From Psammoneis japonica (taxonomy: Eukaryota), in contig QPGO01000108.1 of the NCBI GenBank assembly GCA_008632985.1, positions 1-49,246 of the forward strand: DNA of 49,246 nucleotides, given 5' to 3'. Shown in pieces: positions 1 to 12,400 of the stretch. Numbering within the stretch: the stretch's first letter is position 1; each line of letters opens with the position of its first letter. The notes below the pieces were generated by a model, which was not told the DNA's origin, did no database searches, and saw nothing but the letters and a program-made list of their open reading frames with translations. The position numbers were made by a program, and so were the translations under genes.

Positions 1-1240
1 GCTTCTTGTCCCATCACCGCCAGTTCCATGCTTTCCGTCAGTGTGCGAAGGGGGGAGCTTCTTTCTCTTCTTCTTTTTGGGAGCTTTCGACGCAGATGAG
101 GGATGAATTTGCACATCCTCAAGGGTGTGATCATCAAAGCCTGCCATGGTTCGTGTTGCCTGAAAAACGGAAGGAGATGTCTCGCCTTTCTCAAAGGCGT
201 GGGACATTTTCAAAATGCCTTCTGGGGTTCGTTCACAGAAGAAAAAACGTTCGTACAGGTGAATGACACCGTGTCGTCGCTTGTCTGCAACCAACTGTCC
301 GTAGAAGTGCCGCACTGGGTGGAAGACTTTCTTCTTTATGTCTGACCATGATTCGGGAAGGGGGGCTTGGGCCTGCATCTTTTCCACATCAAAGTTGGTC
401 GGAATCTCCCACTCGTCAATGATGATTCGTGCGGTGGTCAAAAATCTGTACTTCCAAACTGGTTTGGTTTCAAAAGGCAATCGGCACAACGACACGAAAG
501 TGCTCGTGATGTCGCGACGCCATTGAGCTTTTCCTTTGGGTGGAGGAGATGCGCAGTTTTCTGTGGGTCCAACCCCAAGTGCAACGTCGTCTCTCTCTTG
601 AGCAATGAGGTCGGGTTTTCCAATTGTCAGTTGATTCTGTTGAGGGAATTCGATGCCACCCGAAAGGTTCCACCCTGCATCCGAAAACACATCCAAGATT
701 GCCTCGAGGCAATTTGCAACGTCTTCTTCTCTTGATGCCGGTGGAAGGCGGGTGCGTGCGAGCACACCAACAAAGTCAATGTCCTGTTGCCCGCAGTTGC
801 AAGGTTTGCACCCTTCAGCTGTCACGAGATCGTCGAAATCATCCCATGCCACAACACCCAGCAGAGTGTGCGAGTGTGCAGCCCATTCTGTTGATCCTTT
901 TCCTTGGCCTGCAGTCGCAGCACTCCGGCATTTCAGAGGAGGCAGAGGCACATTAAGGTGCTCCCAATTCGTTTTCAAAGGCATGATTACTCCGAAGGAC
1001 AATGTTGGAGATGAAGAGCAATACAATTAACATTATAATGGCTGTCTGCGGTCGGTCTGTGCTACGTGGTGGGTCTCAATGTGGGATCGACTCCACTGTG
1101 CAGTGCGCATGATGAGAAATGTGGCAAGGGCACCGCAAAACACACACCATGCACAGCATGGTAGAGGGCATGGTGTGATGGTGAAGAACAAAAGTCAAAT
1201 GGAAAACATTGTTTCTAAAAGAGAATTGCTCTCTGTGCCT
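1..1240. other. TpA-depleted degenerate repeat-like sequence, family not identified
   Basis: Few TA dinucleotides and overlapping Cys/His-rich ORFs on both strands; no recognisable protein motif. Confidence 0.5.
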
Positions 1241-1289
1241 GCTCATTCAGTTAGACCAGGCCCTGGAGTCTAGCTAGAATGTGTTTTTT

Positions 1290-3590
1290 AAAATAGAAGA
1301 TTAAGGAAGCCCATGTAGAGCGGAAGGCAACAGCAGAGGGAGGCACGGAGGTAGCTGTAGAGACGGCAGAGTAAAAGGGTCGATGGACGCAAGACGAAGG
1401 GCGTTTTGTGGAAGGCATGGGTGAGGAGGGGGCAGGGAGAGAGGAGGTGAATCGGAGGATGTGCGTAGAAAGGTGAAGAACAACGTTGCAGCCAAGAGTT
1501 TGGGTGGCCCACTGGGATGGGGTGGCTGCACGGCAGGTGTTTCCAAAGCGATCGGCGGACAGGTGATGCCATGCGGAGTCAGCAGAGGGAAGGATTGCAG
1601 ATGGAGATGACAAAGCATAGAGGAAGGCGGAGCAGGAGGCATCGGAGTGACGAAGGTCAGAGGAAGAGGACCAGGGTGGCTTGGGCTGAGAGCAGACGGA
1701 GGGGGATGTAGAACCAAAGAGCAAGCAGTGGGCAAAGTAGCCGAGACCACCAAGGTGATCTACAGTGAAGGGGAGCAGAAAGATGCCATTGTTGTCAAGC
1801 GAAGAAACAACAAGGGATCCATCGGCAGAGGAAGCAGAGGGGCCAAGAAACTTCAATCTCGCGCTCGAGTGGTGTGCCTCAGTTAAGACAGGAGAAGAGG
1901 GGGCAGGCAGACCTGGAGGAGGGCGAGAGGAAGCTTGAGGGACGTTGACGTCCACTGCAATGTAGTGATGGCGGGAGGGAGCGGAGAGGGAGGCGGGAGG
2001 GGGGATTGAAATGCCGACATCGGCGGGACGGAGAAGCGGGCGGGTGGGGAGCAGGTTGGTGGGTTCAAGATGAGCGTCATTGGGGGATCGACAGAACTCT
2101 GCAAGAGGACCCAAAGTTTGGGCTAGGATGAAAACAGTGTCACGGAGACCATTGGAAAGCTTGGACTTGTGAGCACGGCGGCAGGAAAAGGCATGATCAC
2201 CATGGGCATCCAGAATGGCATGGCCACAGGGACAGGGAGTGTTGACAAGGGACGGAGGAAGGATGGGGAGACGAAGCTTACGAAGGGCGGCAACAGCGCA
2301 GGCGTCCGAAGAAAGGCGGGAGCTTGGAAAGCGACGAGAGAAGGAATGAAGAGGGAGGCTTGCAAGCGGAGATGGCAATGAAGGGAGTGAAGATTGCACG
2401 TCGTAAGATGAGTTAGCAAGGATGGAGGTCACTGCTTGTTGCTGATGTTCATGGTAGAGACGACGGGCCAGGCCGGGGAGAGTGGCCGATTTAACCAGGG
2501 CAGCCAAGGAAGAAGAGGAAAGGGTAGAGGCGGAAGCCAGAACGGGAGCACAACGGCGGAAGAGCGCACAGAGTCGCAGGGAAGAGCGAGGGTTGGACCA
2601 GGAAGACAGGGAGAGCCGAAAGCAGCGCGGAAGGGAAACAGAAGCGCCAGATGGTAGGCTGACACCGTGCGAAGCAAAGCGGAACGAGCGGAGAAGCGAT
2701 GCCAAGAAGGAAGGAATGGCGGCAGCTGTTGGGTCCCGGAGACCAAACCCGCCCAAGGAGGCAGGAAGGAAGGCGATGGCAATGGAGTGGTCGGGAAAAG
2801 GAGCGGCGAAGGAAGTGACGTAGTGTAGAAAGCGGTGAGCAACGGTGAGGAGGAAATCTTGAAACGGAGAGGTCCAGAGAAAGGGGTCGGGAGGATTGTC
2901 GGGGTCGAAGTTGCAGCAGAAGTCAGCTCCAAGGAGGTGAGCAGAGGATGGAACAAAACAGTGCTTGAAGAGTTGAGCCTGGGTTTGTTTGTCATGGAGA
3001 CGGGTGAGAAGCATGTCAACTTTGTCGGAGAGAGCAGAGGAAGTGTCGGAAAGGAAAGAGGTGGCGAAGTCGTGGGAGCCGAGGGGCTGTCCAAGGAAGC
3101 GAATGCCAGAGGTGAGTTCGGGGTTGTAAGAGGGGTCATTGGTNNNNNNNNNNNNNNNNNNNNNNNNNNNNNNNNNNNNNNNNNNNNNNNNNNNNNNNNN
3201 NNNNNNNNNNNNNNNNNNNNNNNNNNNNNNNNNNNNNNNNNNNNNNNNNNNNNNNNNNNNNNNNNNNNNNNNNNNNNNNNNNNNNNNNNNNNNNNNNNNN
3301 NNNNNNNNNNNNNNNNNNNNNNNNNNNNNNNNNNNNNNNNNNNNNNNNNNGGAGCCAACTGAGACAGAGGAACGGCCAGGGATACGTTCTTGAAGCTCTT
3401 GGTTGATCGGACGAAGAACCAGAGAGAGGACTAGGCTGGCGAAGACAGGGCCGAGAGGGCATCCTTGGGCAAATCCCTCTTCTTGAAGAAAGGAGCCCCA
3501 GGAGGAATCGGGTCGGCGATACCAACATGTATTGGAACTTTGACATAGAAGGTCAAAAAAAGGAAGCAGAGGATGGAAGGCAGGGGTGGA
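1290..3590 (-). mobile_element. 5'-truncated CRE-like non-LTR retrotransposon (RT, CCHC knuckle, restriction-like endonuclease)
   Basis: ORF 1251..3692 contains RT motifs GFAQGCPLGP, GIRFLGQPLGS and LPASLGGFGLRD, the zinc knuckle CPCG..DAHGDHAFSC, and an RLE core RPADV..IAVDV. The YxDD region would fall in the N gap 3144-3350. Ends are approximate. Confidence 0.85.
3144..3350. other. assembly gap (N run)
   Basis: Run of N. Confidence 1.
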
Positions 3591-3778
3591 GGTGAGAACC
3601 TGGCTGCTGTCCGTTGGTTGAATCCGACTACCAGTAGTCGGATCGCCCACCTCGCCCCTCGTGCCCCCTCCAAATAATAAACGCTTCAACATTCAACATG
3701 CGGCGACTCAGATGTAATGTTTGCGTTCGACACCTACCACCCTACCGGTTCAAACTTACTATATCTTTGGTTATCGCA

Positions 3779-5572
3779 ATGACTGTAGAAGCTACTGACA
3801 ATGATGTTTTGCTGGGTCGAGGAAAAGGCCCTCGAGAGCATAGCGGCAATCGCCATTTTGCGTGGCTCATAAAGAGGTATCGATCTGCCTACTAGAGTGC
3901 ACCGCAAAGGTGTGAGAAAAGCGAGGTGGCTCAACGAATTCTACAAGCGGTGCATGCAAGAGGTGGCCGCTTCTTGCAATTTACTGAGCATTGTGAATGG
4001 AGAGAAGTAACTGCAGAACGAGCCCTGCTGAAGATAAAGAACGCGTTGAGGACAAAACAGAATTTCGAAACTGAATTTTACGAGACCGCCGCCGTATTTC
4101 CTATCTCGGAAGACTTGTCTCTTAACGCACAACATAGGGGCACGCAAATACCAACAGCGTTATATGTCAGGCCAAGTGTGCTACATCAACTTGGCTTTTT
4201 ATCCTCAGACGACACTCTTACACAGTCATTTCCCGTCATTCCGCAAGTCCTACCAACACCAACGAGCAACTCACGGTTAGTACAGCCGCCGCCTGTTTAT
4301 CAGTCTCCTTGGTTGTATCCTACTGCTATATCGACGCCAGCTTTGATCCCGAACAACTCATTGGAACCGCAAGTTCATCGACAACAACAAACACGGGGAC
4401 AACCACCGCTTATCCATAGGGCACCATCACCTGCTACTTCACCTCTTCAGCAAACTCGAAAACATGTAGCCCCCACTAGCCCTTCGGATATCCCCCCTCG
4501 AAAGGATCTGGACCAGCACGTGCAAGATGTAGCTTCTGTTCAAAGGGAGCCGACACTACAGCAAGATACCACCGCAGAAGCGCTGTTCCCTCCACCTCAA
4601 GAATTAGTATCGAATGAAGACATTGCGGCTGCTGAATTTTTGCTTTCGGTAATGACTGATTCGGCATCGATGAGTTTGCAACATCCGGATGATATTATTC
4701 TAACGGAAGAGGAGCAGCGCGCCGTCACGGAAGATCTATTTGGGAAGCTCCGAGTCTCCAAACCACCTCCCGCAAAGCGTGCAAGGACTACAAGCTGCGT
4801 TTCTACTTTGTTGTCAGAAATGAAGCATCATCTGGAAACCATTCGGACAAGCGATAAACAAGCTTGGTTGAAGGCTCGTCAGAAAGCTAGAGAAATAGAG
4901 AAAAATGATAAACGGATGGAGCTGTTTCTTAAGCGGGAAGACATGGATCCAGAGAAAGCGGCACATCGATTTGTCAGATACTGGGAGGAACGACGTCAGT
5001 TGTTTGGACAGGACGCGTTCTGCTTACCTCTGACTCTCGACGGAGCTATGAAAGGTTCTGAAGAAGCGGTGCGGGCGGGCTTGTTTCAACTGCTTCCGTC
5101 TTTAGACGTCTCAGGAAGGCAGTTGCTTCTCTCCGTTCTTCGCATGAACAGTTACAATGGATACGAAACTCTGGACATGATTAAAGCCTATTGGCATATA
5201 CATGAATTGATTGCCGAGCATCCGAAAGCTGCCAATGGGGTTATTGTATTGGCATGGTGCAAGGATGCCTCCGGCTGGGAGATCGATTTGAAAATCGAAA
5301 AAAGCATGCACCATCTTTTGGAAAACGTGTTTCCTGTGCCGCTTCGTGGATTCCATGCTTTTTGCATACCATACTTTATAACCATGTTTCTGAAGCCTAT
5401 TCAACTGGCGCTACAGCCCAAGTCTGTGCGTTCGCGACTCGTTATACATGACGTTGCTGAGGACGAGGTCGTGGAAGCACTATCGAACTACGGCATTCGT
5501 AACGACGCGGTCCCAATGGAAATGGGCGGGACGTGCAAACATGATCACTCGGAATGGATAAAAAATCTTTGA
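3779..5572 (+). pseudogene. DUF6824 + CRAL-TRIO-like protein with one in-frame TAG (3893-3895)
   Basis: N-terminal DVLLGRGK...HSGNRHF...Y*...ILQAVHARGGRFL...WREV...KIKNALR (DUF6824-type). C-terminal FLKREDMDPEKAAHRFVRYWEERRQLFG...DVSGRQ...PMEMGG (CRAL-TRIO-like). ORFs 3698..3895 and 3926..5572 share one frame. Confidence 0.8.
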
Positions 5573-6890
5573 AAGCTGGTGAAGGGCAGAGTGGCCACGC
5601 AGCGGTAAAGCGAAAGTAAAATTAAGTTTTCCACTCTTATCCTGCTCTGTGTGGGTCTATGTCGAGCCTCCAGTGGCAACTGGCAACATGCGTTCGTAAG
5701 TGGCGCTGGGGCTTATGACGGTCTCAAACGTGTCAGATGGCAGCACGTCATATGGTGGAGACACAGGGTGCATGGAGAGTTTGGCTTTTTCTTTGTCAAC
5801 TGGGGAATGTTTGGATGGATTCTTCTCTTCATTGAGGATGAAAAATGAAAAATTCACCTGACACAACTAGACACCACAGGAGACAAAGCAACCATCTGCT
5901 GTGCTGTGCTTGAAACTGCTTGTGTAAACTTAGATCTTTGTTGTTAATTGTGGAAGCAATGGAACATTGATTGTGAGAACCCATCTCCTCTCTAGAGAGA
6001 GTGAATGAGCTTGCCTTGCAACATGCGTTGCAACATTTTCCTTTGTTCAATTCTCAGCTTTTTTCTGTCCTGGTGGCATGTGGTGGGTGGAGATGACAAA
6101 ATGCGGCTCACTTGATGAAAAATGAAAACTTTCAATTTGAAAGTCTGTGTTTTATGAAGCAGGTGGCCACAGCTTTCCTCCAAACAAAGCTCCAAATTGA
6201 CTTCAGCACACATCTCCATTCATGTGTGATGACAGCATCAACTGCAAGCAGAGATGGTGCACTGGGGGTGTGGGCTGGCTTGATGCCGGAGTTGCAGGGT
6301 GGAAGTGTGGCAGCACCTTAAATGTAGATTTTGGGTTTTGTTTTGTTTGTCCCACCCACACACAGTGACATCTGAGCCACAGGAAGATGTTCAAATTAAC
6401 TTTGATGCTGGAGCTGACAGAGTTGGGGCAAATTTCAAGCTTTGTCTCTAAATCAATGTCTGAGAAAAGAAAATTTGTGTGAGCATGCATTTGAGTCATC
6501 AGAGTGCGCAATGTGGTGATCCTCTGTTTCATTTTCACAGCGATTTTTGTCAATGTCATGGATGAATTTCTTGTGGTTTCAAACCTTGTTGGTTGTGCAC
6601 ATGGCAACAATTTTTAAACTTTGAAAAAAAAAATGGCTGTGGAGTCCCCTCCTTGACCATGGCAAAACACTTGGTGCCATGAAACACCCTCCTCTGATTC
6701 ATGTCAATCCATGTGCCCTGCACAACCACAGAACCCGACAATCACTTGCATTCCATTTTTGCTGTTGCAACTTCATTTTCACAATGAGTTTTGCACCGCA
6801 TGTCCCATTTGACATTGAACTTTGCTTTTTTTGTTTGACATTGATCAACGATGAACAAACACTGGGTTGTTGCTGCATTGCATCCTTTTT

Positions 6891-7870
6891 TCAATTGCAA
6901 CTTTCCCCACACCGCAGTTGCTTCATCTGTGTCTTCATCGTTGTTTTCTGTGTCTTCATCTTCTTCATGATCCTCTCGGTTGCTTGGTCTGTCTGCCGTT
7001 TCTTCTTTGTCCTTGTGTCACCAGACAGCTCTGTCATTTCTTGTGTTCTCATTTCCTTCTTTGCTGGTTTTTGGTGGATCTGTTTTCCCCCCTTTTCTTT
7101 GCTCTCCCTTTTCTTTCCATCGTTGCACCAAGAGTTGAGCTGCACACCCGGCTCACTTGCCCTGTCTTCCTTTGCCTCCCCAAGCAGTGTGTTGAATTGC
7201 TTTGTTCCTTCATCCTTCCAAGAGTCGCGTTGTCGCGACGGGTCTGTGCACTTGGGTGCTGGTTTCTCCTCCTCTTCTTCCCCTTTGTCTTTTTCTTCCT
7301 GGATGGATTTATGCTCCCAAACCTTCCAGCAGTTTTCCATCACTGACAGCGCCAGTGCCTTGTCACTTGCGGCAGCCAGCTGACGCGTTCCAGCCCTAGG
7401 TGGGACTCCGTGTGACATTGGGCCCGTAGAATTCTACGTGCGAGCTCCGTAGTACGAGAATTTAATTAATGGACACATTTATCTTCAACATCAAATAACG
7501 GCCAAGTTTGTGGTACAATATGCTCTTACCACTCGACGTTTTGCAAATGCACCTGCCCTACGCGATTCTTAAGACATTATAGAATCGCGCTGTAACAAAA
7601 AATGTCAAAAGTTGTTGGACGGATCGCTCAACAAGTGTACCGTAAAATGACACAAAATATCAAAAAAATCACGTAGAAATCTACGTGCGCGACATACGAC
7701 GTGATTCAAAAAACTATCGATGTCACAGTTCAGTAGCACGAGGTCCCACCTACCGGTAGACCTGGAACGCGTCAGCTCTGCAACCTTTGTGTTGCCCGAC
7801 TCCACCATCCTTCTCCACATCGCAGTGCTCCATCACCAAAATCATGCATGTGCACAGCATGCTGTGCACA
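6891..7870 (-). pseudogene. fragment of a transposon accessory ORF (paralog of 33537-34813), split by a MITE
   Basis: ASDKALALSVMENCWKVWEHK..PKCTDPSRQRDSWKDEGTKQFN matches ASDEALALLTLENCWKSWEHK..PKCTDPSRQRDSWKDAGIKRFN at ~34310-34510. Similarity resumes after 7776 (WRRMVESGNTKVA vs WRRKAESGETKAA). Confidence 0.85.
7381..7774. mobile_element. MITE copy A (394 bp), TIR TGACGCGTTCCAG, 2-bp TSD GC
   Basis: Perfect 13-bp TIRs with GC on both flanks. Removing the element plus one GC restores colinearity with the paralog at ~34290. An inverted near-identical copy lies at 26418-26792. Confidence 0.92.
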
Positions 7871-8096
7871 ACTCAATTTTTTGGCGCCTTTTGGTCATCC
7901 CATTGATCAACTGCTTTGAAGTGTCTGAAAGACCTCATTGTGTCAAACATGTCAGATGCCTTTGGTGTTCTTGTTGACCCACTTGAAGCGGTTGATGTGG
8001 CACACGTGTGATGAGATTCAGCGATTCAAGCAGAAATGATGTAGAAAAATGCTTGTGTGACTCCTCGCACAAAAGCTGCACATTGGCCTTGGCAAC

Positions 8097-9413
8097 GATG
8101 TGTTTTCATCCCAGGTGAGAAACTTTTGGACACATCACGAGGTTTTCTACGTGTTTCTACATGAGACGCACATTCAGTGCCAAAAATCTTAGTAAAAACG
8201 AGCTCCATGACAGCAAAAACACATTTTTCCATGTCTCGAACCACAAACCACAATTCGCGCAAACCGAAAATGGCACCATGCCGTCGCCATGAACTCGTCC
8301 ATTCTTGCACCAACGGATGTTGTGACTGAGAAGGTGAGAATGCCGAGACAGGTCAATGAGACAACGCTCAATGCGATGATGTGGTTGAAAATTTGATCTT
8401 TGTTTTTTGTTGTGCCTTGTGGACAGCCTTTTGACTCATGACATTTTTGATGCCTCTTTCTCTCTTCCTCAGCTTGCGAAGTGGGGATTCTCATCAACGC
8501 GCTGCTCCATCTGCTTGACACCGGATGCTGACAACGAAGAATGTTTCTGTGACACGTTGCTGTGATTCTTACAATGTGTCGTCCGCACTTTGAGTTGTTG
8601 TGGATGACGCTTTTGGGTCGCGCGACAACATCAGATTTCGCTGCCGACAAGAGAATCGTTGTGTGTTCGGTTTTGAGGGTGTGTGAGGACAAAGAATCTC
8701 AGATGCAAGTGTGACAGTTTCATTGTTGTAAAGCAGAACAACACCATTAGCGACATCCCAGTGTTGCAGCCATTTCATTTTATTCTAAGATAGAACCAGT
8801 CATTTTGAGCGGTGAAATTTTGTCAACATTTCATCTTTGACTCTGCCCAGGCATGTCAAATCACATGGTGGCTGGACACACATTGAACTTTGATGCTGCC
8901 ATTTCAATCCCATTGTTTTATTCACTCAAGTGTCCCACACAGGTCGACAAATCAGTTGATCTTTGAAATGGCCGATCGCGCAAAAAAATCACGTGCGAAG
9001 TCAGTTCCCCCGATTTTTCTCATGCAAATGACAGAGTTAGAACGCCGTTCTTTTTTGGCATGAGCTCTTTGTACAATGAACAATGCGCACATTCTTTCAA
9101 AGTAGTCAGATTCGGTGAAAGAAACAGTAGAACAGTCTCTCAAATGCACCAGAATGACAACAATGAGCAGATGGCTGTCAGTTTCACTCCAAAAAATGCC
9201 GCTTTCGAGACAGCGCTTTTCTTGCACGCACCCTTCAACCAATGAGAATGACGGCTGGCTTTTCAAAATGAACATGTCTGTGGAAAGAAGAAACAAAAAA
9301 TCGGGGGAAAGTCCAGTCAGATTTGCTCGCACAAAAAGCACGGCAATGGAAAAGGGACAGACGAAACGTCTCACCTCCGCATGCGCGTTTCTCACCTGGG
9401 ATGAAAACACATC
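8097..9413. mobile_element. non-autonomous DNA transposon, 27-bp perfect TIR, 4-bp TSD CAAC
   Basis: GATGTGTTTTCATCCCAGGTGAGAAAC (8097-8123) and its exact reverse complement (9387-9413), with CAAC directly outside both. Confidence 0.8.
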
Positions 9414-12400
9414 CAACAAGTGACTCCACTTCCAAGGTTGTTGGAACAAGAAAGCTGCCACATTTTAAAGGCTGTCCATTTGAACATGCTGACAAGCATT
9501 CTTGACTCATCGTCAACAAATGTTGTCTGTGTCCTGCTGAAACAAGGTGCTTGGAACTTGAGCAACTCAAACCTTGTGCATGGCATGCTGTGCACAACAT
9601 GGAATTCTGCGTAAAAAATCCCGCCAAAATTGACCAACTTCTGTGGCATTAAACAGCCATGTGAGCCCCATGGCGGAAGCTGTCCTTTTCAGCCTGTTTC
9701 GACCATCAAGTGCACTGAAAGGTTCGGCATGTCTCAAGAAATGCAATGTCTTGGGGAAGTTTCATGACACCTCTGAAACGTTGTGCACAGCACACTGTGC
9801 ACAGTGTGCATGGAGTGGGGACAGGGCCCTCCTGTTTGTTGTGGATGAGGGGGCACATGCGCCAGTGGCAGCCAGCTGTGGGGCCCAAGTCATGCTTCCA
9901 CGTGCAACCACAAAACCCCCATTTTTTGCCAAAATGCAACTCCAGCCAACCAATGTCATGCCAACAAGAAATTCCCGACAACTTTTGGGGACGCAAGCAC
10001 AAGGTTGGGTCAGCAAGAACAGAGCTGTTGCTGAAAATCGTCCCTCACACTTTCACGTGCAACAAAGGTGCACAATGAACAATGCACACCTGTGCAGCAT
10101 GCTCTCAAGACATTGGTTTGAAGAGCAGAAGACCAACAATGCTCATGACTTGGGTGTGATGTGGCTCTGGCCAGGGTCAAAGTCTGGCGAGTTCTTCCAA
10201 AAAATTCGAGCGGATCAAGCAGGCCTCACGGGGATCAAGCCATGTGACTCCAGGGTGCGTCGAAGGAAAATTGAAACTTTCTCAACACCAAGACAGCCAA
10301 CAACATTGACACAGAGACATTTTGTGGCAACACTCTTCTTTGCAATCAACCACTGACATTGTCATGACCACATGTGACCTGTTTCATGACAAGTCGACGA
10401 AGCAATCCATGAAAACACATTTGCAAGCCACACTTTTCCATTTTCAGAATTGGCAATTTGTGTCTCTGACATCAATCCAGTGAGTGCACAAACAAGGGGG
10501 CACTTCCATTGCCCAAATTTGTTCCTCTGCAGGGGAGTGTCATCAACACACAACTTTGTCAACGTTGTTTGACTGCTCATTTTGAATTTTAAATGGTGCG
10601 CCAACTTCACTCTGCACCTTCACTCCAAAATCCGCCCCATGCCCCACCCTCTCCCACTCAAAAACACTTGGCTGATTGCACTGGAGCTGCTTCAACACAA
10701 AGTCTTGAAAAATGTTCCTCTTGTCATTGTTGGCATTCACCATTTTGTGTGTCATTGCAGCTGCATCTTTTTCAGACCCTGACTGATTGATGCTCACAAA
10801 GAAACACGCAGATTCTCATTTTCTGCCAAGAAGTTTTGAATCATGCCATTGTGCTCTGAAGCAATGCCTGCCATGTTCTGCATGCAGACTCAGCATCCAA
10901 CCACCATGAGCCAGATTTCTGGCACCCACTGAGTCAACCCCACTCTCCCTGAATTGCTTGCATTGTGCATGATGCACGCTGATTCAGACCTCTCATGCTT
11001 TTGCCTTGCAGAGCTTGAATCAGAGTGACAGCAGGCATCTCATGGCAGATGCAAAGGGTGTTTCCTCCCTGAAAGCAAAAAAGTGCCAAGTTCAGCTGAT
11101 CTCATTGAAACTGACATGCAAACATTGGGTGTTCATGGCAAGAAAACTTGCACAGCTTCTGCACATGTGCACTGTGGGAGGTGCACTCAGTGCATTTCTG
11201 CATCTTCTTTTTTGCATGCAGAGTTGCTGTTGCAACCTGGATTTCACTTGCCTCACCTGGAAATGTTTTTAGAAAATGCAACGGGGTTGGAAGTTTTCAT
11301 GCCTTGTTGTCACACACTTTCTGAGTGGTGGTCACTGAAACATTTGTTGGAGGATGAGCTGAGCCAATCGAATCTCAGAAACACAACACGGCACCCATCA
11401 AGCAAAGAAGAAGACAAGGATGTGTTGAGATTTGTCAACTGAGACTCTTGAAGAGACAGGTTTCAGCAGTGAAGTTGTGCCAAAAAACATTGCAGTTGAT
11501 GCAAATCAGTGATTTTGGGTGATTTTTTTCTGAATTTTGCATGTTTGTCTTGTGCAATGCACGCTGGGATCATGGTTGAAGTGGGTGGAAATGAAATGGC
11601 TGGCAAATGCAAAGTCAAAATGGTGGTGGCATCATCTGGTGACAGTGCAGGAAGCAGACCTGGAAGCAATTGAGAATGAGATGGCTTGCAAACAGCTGCA
11701 AGCTGTCATCAAGCAGAAAGCAAAGGACAGAGTTCCACAATTTTCCTGCAAGGAACAACAGCTTTGATCAAAAGAATCTTTTGAGACTTTAAAATGAAGC
11801 AACTGAAATGGTTTTGAAAGGGTGCACTTGATTTGGAGAGAGCCGGATTGGAGTGAAAAAAATTGGCAAATTTTGTCCACAGATTCTTGGCACAAAGTCC
11901 AAGGGAAAAGTGGTCAAACAACATCAACAGCATTGAATTGGTGCTGCCATCCTGCAGAACAATGAGTTTTGGTAAAAATGCAGCTCCCCCCTTGCTTGCA
12001 TGTTCTCTGGATTGACCGCAAAGATGCAAAATGTTGAACCTCACAGTGGAGCCATGTGGTCTTTAAACAAATTTTCACAGAGTGACGGGCCTGTCAGCAA
12101 CATGACAGAGGCCAAATGTGGACAAGAAAACAGAGAACATTTGCACAAAACAGGTTTTTTGTGTTGATGTCATCATCCATTTTGGCATTGAGAAAGGGTC
12201 AATTTCCTTTCGTCGCGCCCCAAGTCACGAGATTTGAGCATCATGCATGACCCACTCCACTCAAAATTGTTGGAAGAATTGACCAGACTTTGACCCCCTG
12301 CTGGAGCTTGAAATGCCCAAGAGATGAGATTGTCACTCAACTGCCCTTTGCACCAATGTCTTGCACAAGCGTGCAACAGGCAGGCACAGCTCATGGCACC

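Noticed and set aside
7381..7774. Classical RIP (CA->TA) explaining the differences between MITE copies
   Set aside because: Repeats are TA-poor rather than TA-rich, and conserved Tyr codons are lost, so the polarity is the opposite.
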